Source: Eledone cirrhosa (lineage: Eukaryota). Taken from it: 64,000 bases of DNA. The translations under genes were made by a program, and so were the position numbers. This document shows positions 1-14,055 of the stretch, piece after piece. Where the stretch lies: NCBI GenBank assembly GCA_964016885.1, contig OZ024740.1, positions 375,162,001-375,226,000 of the forward strand, written 5' to 3'. Every line of letters starts with the position of its first letter. Positions within the stretch are counted from its first letter, which is position 1. Below the pieces are notes generated by a model. The model saw only the letters and a list, made by a program, of their open reading frames with translations. It searched no databases and was not told the origin of the DNA.

Positions 1-1000
1 TTTAATTAAATAGTTGGATGACATGAAGTTGTATCAATTGAAATGAATATATGTAACATAGAAGAAATAATATATGACCAAGTAAAAGGCGTTTGTAACT
101 GAAGCCCTTTCTATCAGAGATCGATGGTAGGAAATTCATATATACTTTTATCGTATTCACATCAAGTAAATAACAGCAAGATGCCCTGTCCGATGTGCGC
201 ATAGATCCACTGTGTGTTTCAGGTTTAAGGTTAGAGCGAGTTCCCAAAGTGTGTTGGGGCATTAAATATCTGCCCATGTAATGATAATGCAAGACATGTT
301 TCGACAACACGCGAGAGTAACATATAAACATATTTGCAATTATTTCGTCTAGCTATGTGGCATATTGTGATTATGTGATAAAGACTGAGGATACCATGAT
401 TAGAATCGTTCTGTAGGTTATGTATGAGTGGCCCTTCGAGTCATAATGAGCCACAAATAGAATGTGTTTGGCAATTGTGCTCCGTTGCAAATGCAGGAAA
501 AAATGCAATTAGAAACGTTAGGGGAGCCTGTAAGAATATTGAACTGAGCTGTTGCATGTTGAGTAATAAAAGACCCCGGACAGAAATACTGCACGAGTGA
601 CTCCAGAATCAGGGAAGTGTAGATCAGTGGAGAGCAGTAGTAGCTGGAACATTAATAACAAGACCATGAATCTGCAGTCTTCAGAATTCAGTTGCTTGCA
701 ACTACGAGCGTTGGCGGAAAATCCTTTTAGTAGACCAAGGGACGATCAGTTGATGCGGGACAACCAATCCAACCAGTGAGGCGAACAAAAGTCAGCTTTT
801 AAGAAAGAGTTTTGTGACTGGCGATATAGTTTTCATGATCCCACATTACGGCAAAATAATCATAGATATTGTCCTGCGGAACACGCCGAAGATAAGCGAT
901 AAGACCAATCAAGTACAATAGCAGATAAGAGTTAATCGTACGAAGATTACGGCAGCAAATATTAGAATCAACTAAGGTAATATAGTGTGGAGTTGTCGAA
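1..1000 (-). pseudogene. Very degenerate non-LTR retrotransposon RT remnant (tentative)
   Basis: Minus-strand fragments such as 'GLQLQT..LLGHILFLL' resemble the GVPQGSVLGPLLF motif. There is no continuous ORF. Confidence 0.25.
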
Positions 1001-2039
1001 TGAGAATATATAGCCACAACGTTCAAGTAGCTAGAGGAATTCACATCTCTCGAAATTCATATCTCTCGGAAAGAACGACAAATGGGGAGAAGAGTGAGGG
1101 GGCGATAGCAGCATTGTAACATAGGATGCCAATGTTTGAAACATATGAAGGGCTCTATATGTTCGGGGCGAATATTGGTATGAATATCAGCACTTGGTGT
1201 GACAGGATGTAAGTTACCTCGACCAAGTGGGTAAATACCGATATATGCTGTTCTTTTTTAAGGACAACTTTCAAATGAGGTCAAAAACAAAGTTAGAATT
1301 TACAGGTCTACTCTGATACGGTTATTGCAGTACAAGAAATATGTAGCGTATCTATTTATTCGGAAGACATTGGCCTAGATTTTGACCTTTGTCATGGAAA
1401 ACTATGTGTCCCACAGCTGGAAAGTGGTCAGGAACATAAGCAATTGCTCTGATGAAACAAATGCCCGAAGCCCTAATAACTGAACTCGGCTCTTTCTCAA
1501 TAGTTACGTTACCAAGATGTCTACACTTCGTGACGAATAATTACACTCCTATAATTTCTGGAAAATGAGTGAAGAGGTAGTTTGGAGAAATGTGTGAAAC
1601 CCTTACATAGAAGGAGAATAGAATAAATAGAAAACAAAATGAGAATGAGTCTAACCTAAATATATGTAAAACTTTGGATTCTCTTGGAGATATATACTCC
1701 TGGAATTCCTATCCGATATGGTAGTTATTCGATGGTATAAACATAGCCTAACTGATAACGAAATTTAAGAAGATGAAGTTATTATTGATTGAAAAAGAGG
1801 TGAGTGCCGGGAGAATATCAGGTGTTCCTAGATTATAGATGGCATTTGAAGAGCATATCATTATTCGCTAGGGAATCACTTTGCACGGACTTTGCAGAAC
1901 TTTGCAGGCCTTGATATAGGTTGAAGATGCTCATGAACACTTTCGCTTAAAAGTTCATAGAAGTAGAATTACAAAATAAAGCAGAATTGGTCAGGAAGTT
2001 GAGTTCGCCTATTCTACCTTGGTGGTAGCGTCTCATTTA

Positions 2040-2211
2040 TATATCGGTAGAGGGTCAGACACCATGCTTTCCAGCATAGTTACGTCCCTTTACGATCTGC
2101 GTTTAAATCCCGCCGAGGTTGACTTTGCCTTACATCCTTACGGGGTTTGATAAAATAAAGTACCAGTAATGTACTGGGTATGTGCTGGCGTTGTGCCTAA
2201 AGTAGAAACAT
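2040..2211 (+). mobile_element. tRNA-headed SINE, copy 1
   Basis: Matches the family consensus (B-box-like GTTTAAATCC; GACTTTGCCTT.CATCCTTACGGGG..GATAAAATAAAGTACCAGT; 3' end AAAGTAGAAACA). Confidence 0.9.
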
Positions 2212-2677
2212 TTATATAGGTGTGACGTCCTTCTTTCTTCATGTTTAAACTAAATATTCAACTTGATTCAACATATTGTACTACAATTTTGCACTACTTC
2301 CCAGATATTACAATCCCCACAGGTTTGTCTATCACTTCTATAACACGGCTTTCTGTTGTTGTACGAGAGCCTGTGCCCCCACCCCACAAAAAGAGATTAT
2401 TATTGTCATTTCTTTTTTTCAAACATACACATTTGCCTTTCGTTAAAGGTGCTTGAGCAAACGTTATTCATTCTAATTTTAGCTAGATTAATCCTTACTT
2501 ATTATTAAGCCACGTGATAAGTGTGCATCTATATATCAGGAAATGAGTTACAGTGTCGTTCTGCAAAGTTACTTTAATCCAAGTCGTTTTTCTGTTATCA
2601 ACATACGTTATTTCTGAATATGTGTAAGCCAAAGCCAAAGAAAAAGATTGAGAGAGAGACATAAATATATGGATAGA

Positions 2678-2739
<62 letters not shown>

Positions 2740-4393
2740 ATAAGAGATAAAAGAAACCCGTTGTTTGGATTCTCTATTTAAAGATTGTACTCGCAGTTGT
2801 ACGATTCTGCAGTCCAACTCCATTTTCTATTCATCCCCGAGCTACTATGACAAATGAGATAGTATTGTACCGGTGCTGACATTGTTGACATGTTAATCTC
2901 TAAATAATTGGATTTCAAGTACTTCGTTGGCTTTGTTTATTGATATACTACTCTCTGGGCGAGATAACAAAACTGTATTGCATGTTTGCCATACTTATTT
3001 ATACAATATGACTATGTCAAGCCTGTTGACAAATATATCAATGTTAGTATCGAATCATATACTGCAAAACAAAGTTACTTTCTAATGTTTTTCTATATTT
3101 TAAATTGATTTTATAACGCCGGGGTATTGTAATTGAAGATATCCAACACACAGCTCCCTAAGTATTTCCTATCTTGTTTTGTATTTTCTATGATTATTCG
3201 ATGTTATTTCGTTCATTTCTTCAGATATATGACCTACTATTTACATTAAATTCAAAAATGATTTTTCAAATGTGTCACATACTAGCAGAGGTACCCGACA
3301 ATGTAAGGCTATATGAAATTACCAATATAATCGGGCACATATTGCTTTTCTCATTTTTTAAACGCTCGTTCTCTTTTTCTCCCATTATCTCTCTCCCAAT
3401 CTCATTATCTACATAATGGAGAACGTTAGACAGTTCCAAAATAAAATGGCCAAATAGTTTTAATATGAACTTGGGAAAATATATGGAATTTAATTATCAA
3501 AATAATTACTACCATTACTTACTTTTCCGGTAGAATAAGGAACAGTAATATATATCGTTCACCAGTTCTGACTACAGCATGGACACACACATATACAACT
3601 TCCGTTTATATTATAGACTGATTTTGTGTTGTGTTTAATAATTCTTTCGTATATGCGATAAATCTGTAAGCTCAGTGTATTTTATTATGTTTCTATTAAT
3701 GTTTGTATTTACAAGACCGTGTGAAATATTGGTCAATATTTATTACGACAGCCACCCCTCGACCTTTGACAATGTGAGGAAAAATGGGTAGATGGTAACT
3801 ATTGAAGAATGTCAGGGGAATTGTACATGTAATACACACTCTGATTATTACATTGTTTTATGATGATTCTACATAAGGCTCACATCATTGTTATGGATCT
3901 GCGCAATACACAACCACTTAAACATTTATTTAGACACTAGAGGTTCATTTTATCAACTAATGAATCTTCTTCCAAAATGAGGTAGAATGCATCAGAATGT
4001 ATTTCCGTCTAACACTGGAACCAAAAATTGCTTTGTTCAAGTATTCAGTTGGGAGATCAAATATGCAAAGGTTTCATTCCCCATGAATTTATGTTTGCAA
4101 CAAGAAAATGTACAAGAGTCTGCCTTTTCCCGCACGCCTGATGAGCTCGTATATAATTAATGCGATATACTTTTATCTACAAATCAAAATCCTCAGTAAT
4201 ACTCATATATGTATGACAATAATTGAATTGTACTCTCTAGGGATTGTTACGATCGTATGCGGGAAAAACAAATCTTTCTTTATGGCAATAAGTGTAAATT
4301 TATTTTTCGTTAAAATGTTTAATCTGATAAATAGCAAGAATTCTCAATCGTAGCATAAATTAATTATTTGTTATTTGATAATTTATGTTTCAG

Positions 4394-5130
4394 TGTTCAC
4401 TGCTCAAACATTATGTCCTAGATCTTATCCTACTGTATGGCATATTGAACAAGTGATTGTTAACGTAGCCTCTGGTAAACCCATATCTTGTGAAAGAAAT
4501 GCGGTAAAAGGAAATTGGGTGGATATCAGTTGGATGGACTGTACTCCTAATTTGAAGGGGTAACTTTGTTACGCCGTGCGTCAAGCCGAAATTTTTCAGA
4601 TGATAATGTTAAGTGTATAATTATCTTTGAAATACACGGCCATTAACAAGTCAATTTAATAATTACAACTATGAGGTTAATCGAACACTTCAAAAAATCA
4701 TTGAAGAGATAGACGAGGGGGTGCACTGTAAATATGTCATTTTAAATAAAGTTCGTCCTCACTTCATATTGAGAATAAGCACTATTTCTGAAAGTCTACA
4801 AATAATTACATGTTCTGGCTTTGTAAGAGGTAATACAGATTTCGTGTATCGTTTCCGTGTCTCACTGAATTGCGGGAATATAACATTTGACATGTATCCA
4901 GTGGCATTTAAGCGTCAAAATCAGTGTTGCAGCATATGTACACACATTCCTTTATATTACAATTGTTTCTGAATCAATCAGCTCCGGGTACTGTGGAGTT
5001 GACGGGGCCCGACTCCTTTTCGACATCTCATCAGATTTGCGAGTTAATATGGTCAAAGACATATTTAAACTCTTTAAATGCAAGACCGCAATATTTAGAT
5101 GAACCTTATAATGTCACAAATTGGAGTTGA
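4394..5130 (+). pseudogene. Possible decayed exon resembling a Cys-loop ligand-gated ion channel extracellular domain
   Basis: Follows a tttcag acceptor. Fragments read WVDISWMDC ... VRPHFIL ... YRFRVSLNCGNITFDMYP..Q.CC, in the same order as the WxD, WxPD and Cys-loop motifs, but are broken by stops and frameshifts. Confidence 0.25.
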
Positions 5131-5145
5131 ATGACATTAATAATC

Positions 5146-5370
5146 ATGGTTTCTTATATAGGAACAAGACCAGCAAATCTTCTTTTTTTTTGGGGGGGGG
5201 GTCAATTAAATTGACTTCAGTGCGTGACTGGTACTTTATTTTATCGACCCCGTATGGATGAAAGGCAAAGTTGACGTCGGCGGGATTTGAACTTAGTCTG
5301 TAAAGAGCCGTAACTCTATGCTGCACAGCATGGCTTCCCACCCTCTATCGATACTGCCAATCCACTGCCC
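5146..5370 (-). mobile_element. tRNA-headed SINE, alternative 3' tail
   Basis: Reverse complement of the SINE head and core; tail shared with 56710-56920. Confidence 0.9.
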
Positions 5371-5417
5371 TAATAATGATAATAGTAGTAATAGTAATAC
5401 ATATATATATATATAAA

Positions 5418-5833
5418 ATAAATAGGATTTCGCTTCAAGCATAGCTTTATACAATATGTATAAATATTTCGCATCTCCAAAGAAATACGGTTTTAAGAAG
5501 CCGTAGCTATGCAAACACCTTGCTAACGCGCTCTGGTGATGTTCAGCAGAAGCAAGGGGACAACCGTCTATGCATTTCAGGCTTAACTGGACTTCGTCGG
5601 TACGGTCCCTCCCACCACTTGCGACTGGTGGACTAGAAGACAGGCGAGAATATATAGTTTTCTCGTCTGTGTAAATGAGGTGATTAATCTCATTTGCATA
5701 TCAAGCTGCATAAATTAGCTCAAAGTATAATAAAAAAGAAATAGGATTTCGCTTCAAGCACAGCTTTATACAATATGTATAAATATTTCATATCTCCAAA
5801 GAAATACGGTTTTAGGAAGCCGTAGCTATGCAA
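5418..5833 (-). repeat. 1.3 tandem copies of a ~320-bp HHR-containing unit
   Basis: ATAGGATTTCGCTTCAAGCA recurs at 5421 and 5741. The minus strand carries accgta-CCGACGA-...-GAAATGCATA-gacggt. Confidence 0.8.
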
Positions 5834-6659
5834 TTTTTCCAATCGACCCACGTTGAGCAATAAAAAATCGATATCAAAATTATCGGTAGCAATATTGATG
5901 TAAGGGAGATAACCAACTTTATTGACAATCCTTATAAAAAATGGCGATAACCAACTTTATTGACAATCCTTATAAAGAGAGTGATATGGAGACCTTCGTT
6001 TTCAATTTTAAAACAACAATCATCGTCGGACGAAATTTCAGAAATATAAACATCAGATTCATTTGTAGATAAATCCCTAATATTATCGTTTGTTTCTTGT
6101 TTATTCTTTGTTGCACGTTCAAAGTAAAAAAAAACACTTGTTGTTTTAACTTGTTTCACTATATTAAGTGTTAATTTTCGCGTTAAGGGCCTAATCTCGC
6201 AGCAGTCTCGAATTGACGAGATTTTGTAGATGGTTTCTTTATTTTTAGAACAATCGTTATGGGACTTTCCATTCAAACCATTGGGACCTACAACTTTTAC
6301 ATTTTTAAAACTTTCACAGGCCATGTTGATACAAAATAAATTTGTTGCACTTTCAAAGTTAAAACAACACTTGTTTTAACTTGTATAACTATATCAAGTG
6401 TTAATTTTCGCGGTAAGGGCCTAATCTCGCAGCAGTCTCGAATTGACGATATTTTGATCATGGTTTGTTTATTTTTAGAACAATCCTTATGGGACTTTCC
6501 ATTCAAACCAGTGGGACCTACAGCTTTTACATTTTTAAAGTAATTTCGTCCATATTTGAGGCAGGCATGATCTATGCTTCCAGCTGTATTCGTACACATC
6601 AAACTTTTTTGACAATGAAGGAACATACTGAAGAGGATTCTTCCTGGATCTCCACGGAT

Positions 6660-7185
6660 ATTTAAATCTATTGATATTGTATGTGATCCACAGGATGCCG
6701 TCAACTATCCAGTTGAATTTCTAAATTCTTTAAATCCTCCTGGTTAACCTCCTAATACATTGGTTCTGAAAGGGGGAACGCCAGTTATTTTGCTGAGAAA
6801 TATCACTCCTCCAAAACTATGCAATGGTACACGCCTTGTAGCTAATAAACTGTCTCCACTTAGTATTGACGCTAATATTCTATCCGAATGTGGAAAAGGC
6901 GAGGATGTGATAATAACAAAAATTAGCCTGACTACATCAGGCGTGGATACTCACTTCTCCTTTCGCCGAACCCAATTTCCCCTTGGTGTTTCCTTTGCGA
7001 TGTACATAAACAAGTCGCAAGGTAAAACTCTGTCCGTCACTGGAATTCCCTTGGATGAACCTTGCTTTTCGCACGGACAATTCTACGTTGCCTGCTCACG
7101 TGTTGGCAGTCGAGATAATCTCTTTGCGTTTGTTCCGAAAAGAAAAACAAAGAATATCGTCTATCCTGAGGTGCTTAAGTGTTAA
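6660..7185 (+). pseudogene. Helitron PIF1-family helicase C-terminal fragment
   Basis: YPVEFLNSLNPPG*PP..L.LK.G.PVILLRNI.PPKLCNGTRL ... RTQFPL.VSFAM.INKSQG ... FSHGQFYVACSRV, with an in-frame stop near 6745. Confidence 0.9.
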
Positions 7186-7536
7186 CGAAAAAACTTATTA
7201 CAGCTCTGCCTTGACTTCACCTTACTCATTACAAAACATACCAATGAATATGTCATGCAGGATATTTTGGATTATAAATTCAAAATTTAACCATACACAG
7301 CAAAGGATGATCTCAAAGAATAGATTTTCTCTTATTCTACTCTCATTGTTTTGTTTGTTTGTATACAAATCTGCTTTCATTACAACGTTTTGTACTTTAG
7401 CAAAACTGCCTGTTTTTTACAGATTTGCAACGTGTATTGTCTTTAATCATTTGTATAACTACATCCTGTTCAGTGTTTTCTTTCATTATCAACATAGTTG
7501 TATGTGTACAAAGATTGCACTAAATGTTCGTTTGCA

Positions 7537-7714
7537 TGGCAGTATCGGTAGAGGGTCGGACGCCATGCTTTCCAGCATAGTTACGTCCCTTTACGATCTG
7601 AGTTCAAATCCCGCCGAGGTTGACTTTGCCTTTCATCCTTACGGGGTCTATAAAAAATAAAGTACCAGTAATGCACTGGGTAATTGCTGGCCTTGTGCCT
7701 AAAGTAGAAACAAT
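7537..7714 (+). mobile_element. tRNA-headed SINE inserted in the Helitron
   Basis: A box TGGCAGTATCGGT, B box GTTCAAATCC, consensus core and tail. Confidence 0.92.
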
Positions 7715-7837
7715 TACTTATTGAATACTTCTGCTTATTTTGACAGGTTGCGGACAAATAATGTTCTTCTTTTTTTCCTAGCTGTATATTCTTAGCAGAA
7801 TTTCAAACCCCGAGTAACGCCGGGTAAATCTGCTAGT

Positions 7838-8160
7838 ATTGTATGAAGCTATGCTTGAAGCGAAATCCTATTTCTTCTTTATTATAAGTTGAGCCAACTT
7901 ATGCAGCTTCATATGCAAATGAGATTAATCATCTCAATTACGCAGACAAGAAAACTATATATTCTCGACTGTCTTCTAGTCCAGTAGTCGTAAGCGGCGA
8001 GACGGACCGTCCTGACGAAACCAGTTAAGCCTAAAATGCATAGACGGTTGTCCCCCTTGCTTCTGCTGGACATCACCAGAGGGCGTTAGCCCAAACCCCC
8101 GGTGTTTGCATAGCTACGACTTCCTAAATCCTAATTTCTTTGGAGATACGGAATATTTAT
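7838..8160 (+). repeat. Inverted copy of the ~320-bp HHR unit
   Basis: Reverse complement of 5450-5776. HHR accgtc-CTGACGA-...-AAAATGCATA-gacggt at ~8006-8048. Confidence 0.8.
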
Positions 8161-8807
8161 ATATATATATGCGTGTGTGGGTTGTGCGCACGTGTTTTTA
8201 TGTATGTATGTCAATGTAGGTATTCATTCTATTGCTTTCAATTACTTCTAAAATTGGGTTTCTGAACATACCGAAAACCAAGACTCGTCTTCAATCCTAA
8301 CGTATATAAAATGTGTTAGACTTTACCTTGTAAAGGAACCCTAGCTTCTCAATCGTCATGTGAAGGTCTTTGGAAAATGCAGTATACCATTCAGCAATGA
8401 AGTGGCAGTGCATAGTGTACTCAATGATGCATAAACATAACGGAAATGTTATCAGTAAATATATTTCTTTTCCAGAAACGAAAATCAAGTATTGTCATAC
8501 TTGAATCAGAGATAAACACTATTTAAATATCGTACTTATAAACGAACTGCACCCAATCTGTCAAAACAGATGTTCCTGCCTTGAGTTTTGGTTCTTCACA
8601 TTTCATGAAGTAATTACTATGTATGTGTAGTTGGTTTTCGTTAAATATATATAATATATACACACAAACAGTAAGGGATTGGCGACTATAAAACGTGTTT
8701 GTTGCTTTCAACTTGGAGACAAGCTGGAACAGTTAAATCTGCTGCCTAATTGAACCACGTTACACGTCTATAACACGTTATATTACTCCTTCATATTACT
8801 CCTCCAT

Positions 8808-8994
8808 GGCGGTGGATTGGCAGTATCGGTAGAGGATCGGACGCCATGCTTTGACGCATAGAGTTACGGTCCTTGCCATTCTGAATTCAAATCCTGCCAA
8901 GGTTAACTTTGCCTTTTATCCTTCCGGGCTCGATAAAATAAAGTACCAGTAATGCACTGGGTAATTGCTGGCCTTGTGCCAAAAGTAGAAACAG
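8808..8994 (+). mobile_element. tRNA-headed SINE
   Basis: Full-length consensus match. It is flanked by a likely target-site repeat TATTACTCCTTCATAT. Confidence 0.92.
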
Positions 8995-10744
8995 TTATAT
9001 TACTCCTTCATATCAAGAGCTTTCAATTTAGATATTCTTTCCCCCTCTGTAATTGTTGATCATAACTAAATGTGTATTCAAGAAACATTCATAGAAAGCA
9101 TGTATTTAATAGGATCTGGGGATTAGCTTGATGCACCACTGAGTGTTATTAATTTGAAAGGATCATTATATGGAAAACCAAGTAAATGATCTGTTTACCA
9201 ACACAAAGTTTTAAGTGAATCTAACTTCAAAAGACATTCTACAATAGTGTGTCATCAGCCTCATCGCTATAATTATATCTTTCAAAATATTTGTCAAAAT
9301 AAAAACATTTTATCAGAATCACTTATAACAAACATACAGGGAGCTGAAGAAAAACCTCCCATATGTTACACGATCACTGTGGAAGGTTTTATACTGCAGC
9401 CTATACAACTAGAAATAAAATACGCATTTAAAATATTCTGTCATTGTTGCACTCACATGAAGTAGAATTTCTTCTGGGGAGCTGCTGATTCTCTACGATA
9501 GGATATATCGTATTTTACTCTTGAAAATTTTACATGCTGAATTTTGCTCTACAGATTATCCATGAATCAAAGACTGAGTCTTGCCCTCATCACAGGTTAG
9601 ATTGAAAACAAAAGTTACGGTGCCTGTTAAGGTGAAATGTATAGTTATATTGCATACACTAGAATTCGCATTTATTATAATTTCACTATCTTTAGTGCAT
9701 TTAGATTTATTATGCCTATATTTCCCAACGTCCTCATCCACACACCAATATCTGTATATTGATGTAACCTGAGTCACATAAGTTCTCGTTGCATAAAGTT
9801 AAGTGTTTCTGTTACACCAAGGGGAAGCGGCCTGCCAGTTGCAATCTCTCGGCATATTGATTTTCGGCTGACAGTAAACCCGCGTAGCGGACCTGTCCTA
9901 TGGAATCGGCCTTATGCACACTAGTTTGACAGGAGACTAGCATTTCAGTAAGGCACTATGCAACAAACTGCAAGACCCTGAATTTCTGAAAATACAAGTT
10001 TCACAGTCTCCATCAAAGCTGTCATCCGACTATATTTGGAAACCTGTTAACACTCTAACTGATTATGAACCACATCTATATTCGACGAAGTCTCTGAAAC
10101 GGGCCACACGTCGATACATGAGGGATATTGAATAAGATAACAATACATCGCGCCTATGCTCACATGATATAACTCCTTCCCAAAGTGTGAACTCTGTAAT
10201 ATGCATAAGATGAGATTTTTAGATGAGATTTAGATGAGATTTTAAAAACCTATTGGCATATTAAAGTTAAACATACAAAACAGGATTCAGTCCAAGTGTA
10301 TGTTATGCTTTGCCTAAACACAGAGCTATCAATAATAAATGATTTTATTTTACCATTTATGATTCGTATTTCTATCTAAATACATCTCCAAAAACCATAT
10401 AATATTATTATTTCAAATATAGTTTTGACTTCGGGACTCTCTTTTACCTTTAAAGAGACTCATTAACTGCCTCAAACTTCTGAAACTTTTTTAACCTCAA
10501 GCATACAAAGTGCATCAATTCTACCATTGGTCACCGATGATAACATTGCCCACGATATAATATCATAAGTTGAGAAGCAGTTGTCATCTGTGCGACGGAG
10601 TACGCAGAGAAGCTTCCCAGGATGTAACCACTGATCAGAATTAATTTCATTAAATTTTGTTTTTATCAATATTATATTCAGTGAACATAGAATTATATTT
10701 AATAGTGACTTCCATTTATATCAAACATTTATAGACATCACCCA

Positions 10745-10826
10745 TATATATATATATGGACATCATATATATATATATATATATAGATATATAGATAGGT
10801 AGATAGATAGATAGATAGATAGATAT

Positions 10827-10895
<69 letters not shown>

Positions 10896-11218
10896 CAGAT
10901 AGATAGATAGATATGAGTGTGTGTGTGTGTATGTCTGTGCTATGTGTGTGTTTTGTGTGTACACATACAGTCGAATAAATACAAATATACATATAGAAGA
11001 GTATTCACATCTATATATATTGTGTGTGTTTGTAATTGTCTTTATATTGTCATCTTTTGGTGCATATGTTTTGATTCCGAAGGGGTTGCTAATATCTAAT
11101 TTACAAAGTAGTTTCTTTGACGCCGGGCAATTTTGATAATAGTGTTGTCCGTGATATACACACACTCACACAAAAAGACACCCAGATACCTGACGCACAC
11201 CCAAGGATGGAATATAAG

Positions 11219-11278
<60 letters not shown>

Positions 11279-11318
11279 ATGTATACATACATATATATAT
11301 ATATATTTATATATATTT

Positions 11319-11350
<32 letters not shown>

Positions 11351-11385
11351 GTGTATGTATACATACATATATATATATATATTTG
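10745..11385. repeat. (TA)n / (GATA)n / (TG)n microsatellite cluster
   Basis: Directly visible simple repeats. Confidence 0.95.
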
Positions 11386-11559
11386 CCTGCTTACATATAT
11401 TTGTGGGCGTATGTGCGCGCGGATATATATTTATGATCTATTTATGTAATGAATATAATGCCATTTTGCAAACCTACTCTTCTACAATTCCTTTACTCTT
11501 GCGTATTCAATCAATCGGGTTCATTCTCGTAATTGATTTAGCCAATCTTTGGGTTGTCA

Positions 11560-12030
11560 CACAAGGCATTTGACAGTGTGCCCATCATAGCATTTTGGTG
11601 GGCCTTATAAATGCTTGGCGGTGTCAATCTCCTATTCCGTTTTAACAAATTATAATCTACCTCATCACTTATTTCTATACTATACATTCAGGCTTTTGTT
11701 TCTTTTTGAGATAATAATCTACACGTTCTGGTATTGTCGAAGATATTGTTGTAATTCAACTTTTGTTTAGTTCTTACACGCGGATTTCCGCTTGATATAT
11801 TTATAGATATTTCCCAACCAAACTCACAGGGAATGGCAATCGAAAGTGACATGGGTGCTATACAAACTAAACTAGGTTTTTCTAATCTGATATAAAATGT
11901 TTTAAGATTTCATCTTGCCCATCTCAAGAATTTCACTGTTTGATTTTGTCAATCACTAATTATATGTATATTTATATGTCTATGTGTAACTAATATTAAA
12001 ATGTTGATAACGGTTTCTCTTTGTTATATA
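11560..12030 (+). pseudogene. Ancient PLE-type RT remnant (tentative)
   Basis: 'SQGMAIESDMG' resembles the QxxGxAMGS motif, and 'VDNGF' near 12000 resembles YVDD. Heavily decayed. Confidence 0.25.
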
Positions 12031-13594
12031 AAGTTTAGTTATGAAAGGTCTGGTTTTATATACATTTTTTCTACAATAACATCCATCCTTCTTTTATTGT
12101 TTTCCTAAACTAAGGAAATATGGAGACACCGGTCTGAAGGAATGCTAGTCGATCATATATATATTGTATATATCTTTAAGGCTAGTATTTATTATATTTG
12201 TCGAACCGCTAATGCATAGTACATAACCAAACTTCATAGCAATAACGCATATTCATATGTACATAAATGGACAATCACGCATACGCATATACATATGTAC
12301 ATAAATGCGACGGGATTTGGAAAAAGCTATTGAAATCTATACATGTCAAGGATGTCACATTGTAGTACTAAACATGATTCATAACTGTGTCTAATCAGAT
12401 TAATATAAAATGTAGTCTTTAGTGTACAAATTGTGAATATTGAAACGTCTAAATAACTGCTTTTAAATAGATATGACATATATTGTTCGTCAGTTTCTAT
12501 CCCACGACTTCTGTTCATGCCAAATTGTGTATGCCTCTTTCTTTACTGGCATCGTTGACTTCTCGATTGAACCAGGCGATTCTCCACTATCCCGTCGTCA
12601 CACCAAGGCGCTTCCCTTCTTAGCATTTAACAGCTGAAGCAGAAACTACCGATTTAATTTAACTAAAGATTTCAGTTTACGGTAGATGATGTCTAACTGG
12701 ACGAACTAGTCCCTACATGCATACCTTGACTGGACACGTTTATGTATCTACCAAGCAGTTGTTCTTATAAATCTTTGTTTTTGTGCCTTTGTTTGAATTG
12801 TGGAATTGAACAATAAATATACAGTTGAAAATTAACTTACAGAAATAAGTAGTTACAATAATTATAGGAATAAGTACTTCGCAATTATATTAGAAATATC
12901 CCTTCTTTGTAAAGCAATTACCCCACGATACAATAAAAAGGAAGTAAAACAAATTAAGAGCAATGGCGACTGTCCGAATAATATAAATGAATATTACACA
13001 TGGAAATTAAAATTAATTTTAGATATTTATAGAATTCATATGAATGCATGCCTCATAATTATATCGAACACATTTTTTGCGTCAACTAATTAGGAAAAAA
13101 ATATTAGTTTTGAGCAGTAACATAATAACAAGATTTACTTCGAAATAATAACATATAAGTAAAATTAAAACCACTTACTAAACTTATTTCTTAAAATTGA
13201 ATTTCATATTGACTTATATATATGGAATGTTATGTTAATAACTAAATACCTTGTAATTATAATGAACATTATTACTTATTTTGTGCAAAGCCATTAGCAA
13301 CGTGAAAGTCAGATTGGAACAATGGGATATAACTACAGTTGGAACAAAGGAACAAGTTCTCTATTGAAAGACATGATTGTTTTTCAAAAACTGTATATGA
13401 GCTATCAAATATTCATAAATTCATTTTATATTTCTTCTTAAGAGGACCCAGGTATTCAAATATCTAAACAAAATGCTGAATGGGGGAGTAATGATCATGC
13501 CATGAGTACATATAACACCGAGTAACATATTTTTTGTTCCCCGGTTCCAAGTGTCATTTCGTGGTTTGTTATATCCCATTATTATAAAAAGAGG

Positions 13595-13782
13595 ACGGTG
13601 AATTGGCAGTATCGGTAGAGGGTCGGGCGCCATGCTTTGCAGCACAGTTACGTCCCTTTACGGACTGAGTTCAAATCCCGCCGAGGTTAACTTTTCTTTT
13701 CATCCTTACGGGATCGATAAAATAAAGTACCAGTAATACACTGGAATAATTGCTGGCCTTGTGCCAAAAGTAGAAACAATTA
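13595..13782 (+). mobile_element. tRNA-headed SINE
   Basis: Full-length consensus match. Confidence 0.92.
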
Positions 13783-13901
13783 TTATAAAAAAAACACTAT
13801 TATTTAATCAAAACCCTATGAAATGTATTATAATATTTTATTTATCTCATTTCTGACTGTTACATGATAATTGGAGTGTTTTGCCAATGACACAACATTA
13901 T

Positions 13902-14055
13902 TCATGCTTTGACGTATAGAGTTACGGCCCTTGCCATTCTGAGTTTAAATCCTGCCGAGGTTAACTTTGCCTTTCATCCTTACGGGGGTCGATAAAGTAG
14001 AGTACCAGCAATGCACTGGGTAATTGCTGGCCTTGTGCCAAACGTAGAAAAAATT
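13902..14055 (+). mobile_element. tRNA-headed SINE, 5'-truncated
   Basis: Core and tail match the consensus. Confidence 0.88.

Larger units (their letters stand above)
5834..7837 (+). mobile_element. Helitron fragment (PIF1 helicase C-terminus plus 3' hairpin-CTAG end)
   Basis: Helicase remnant at 6600-7185. The 3' end CCCGAGTAACGCCGGG..CTAG|T at 7809-7838 is a typical Helitron terminus. Internal direct duplication ~6105-6310 / ~6343-6539. Confidence 0.8.

Noticed and set aside
7537-7620. tRNA genes at the SINE heads
   Set aside because: They have A/B boxes but an insertion and no cloverleaf, and are always joined to the SINE core and tail.
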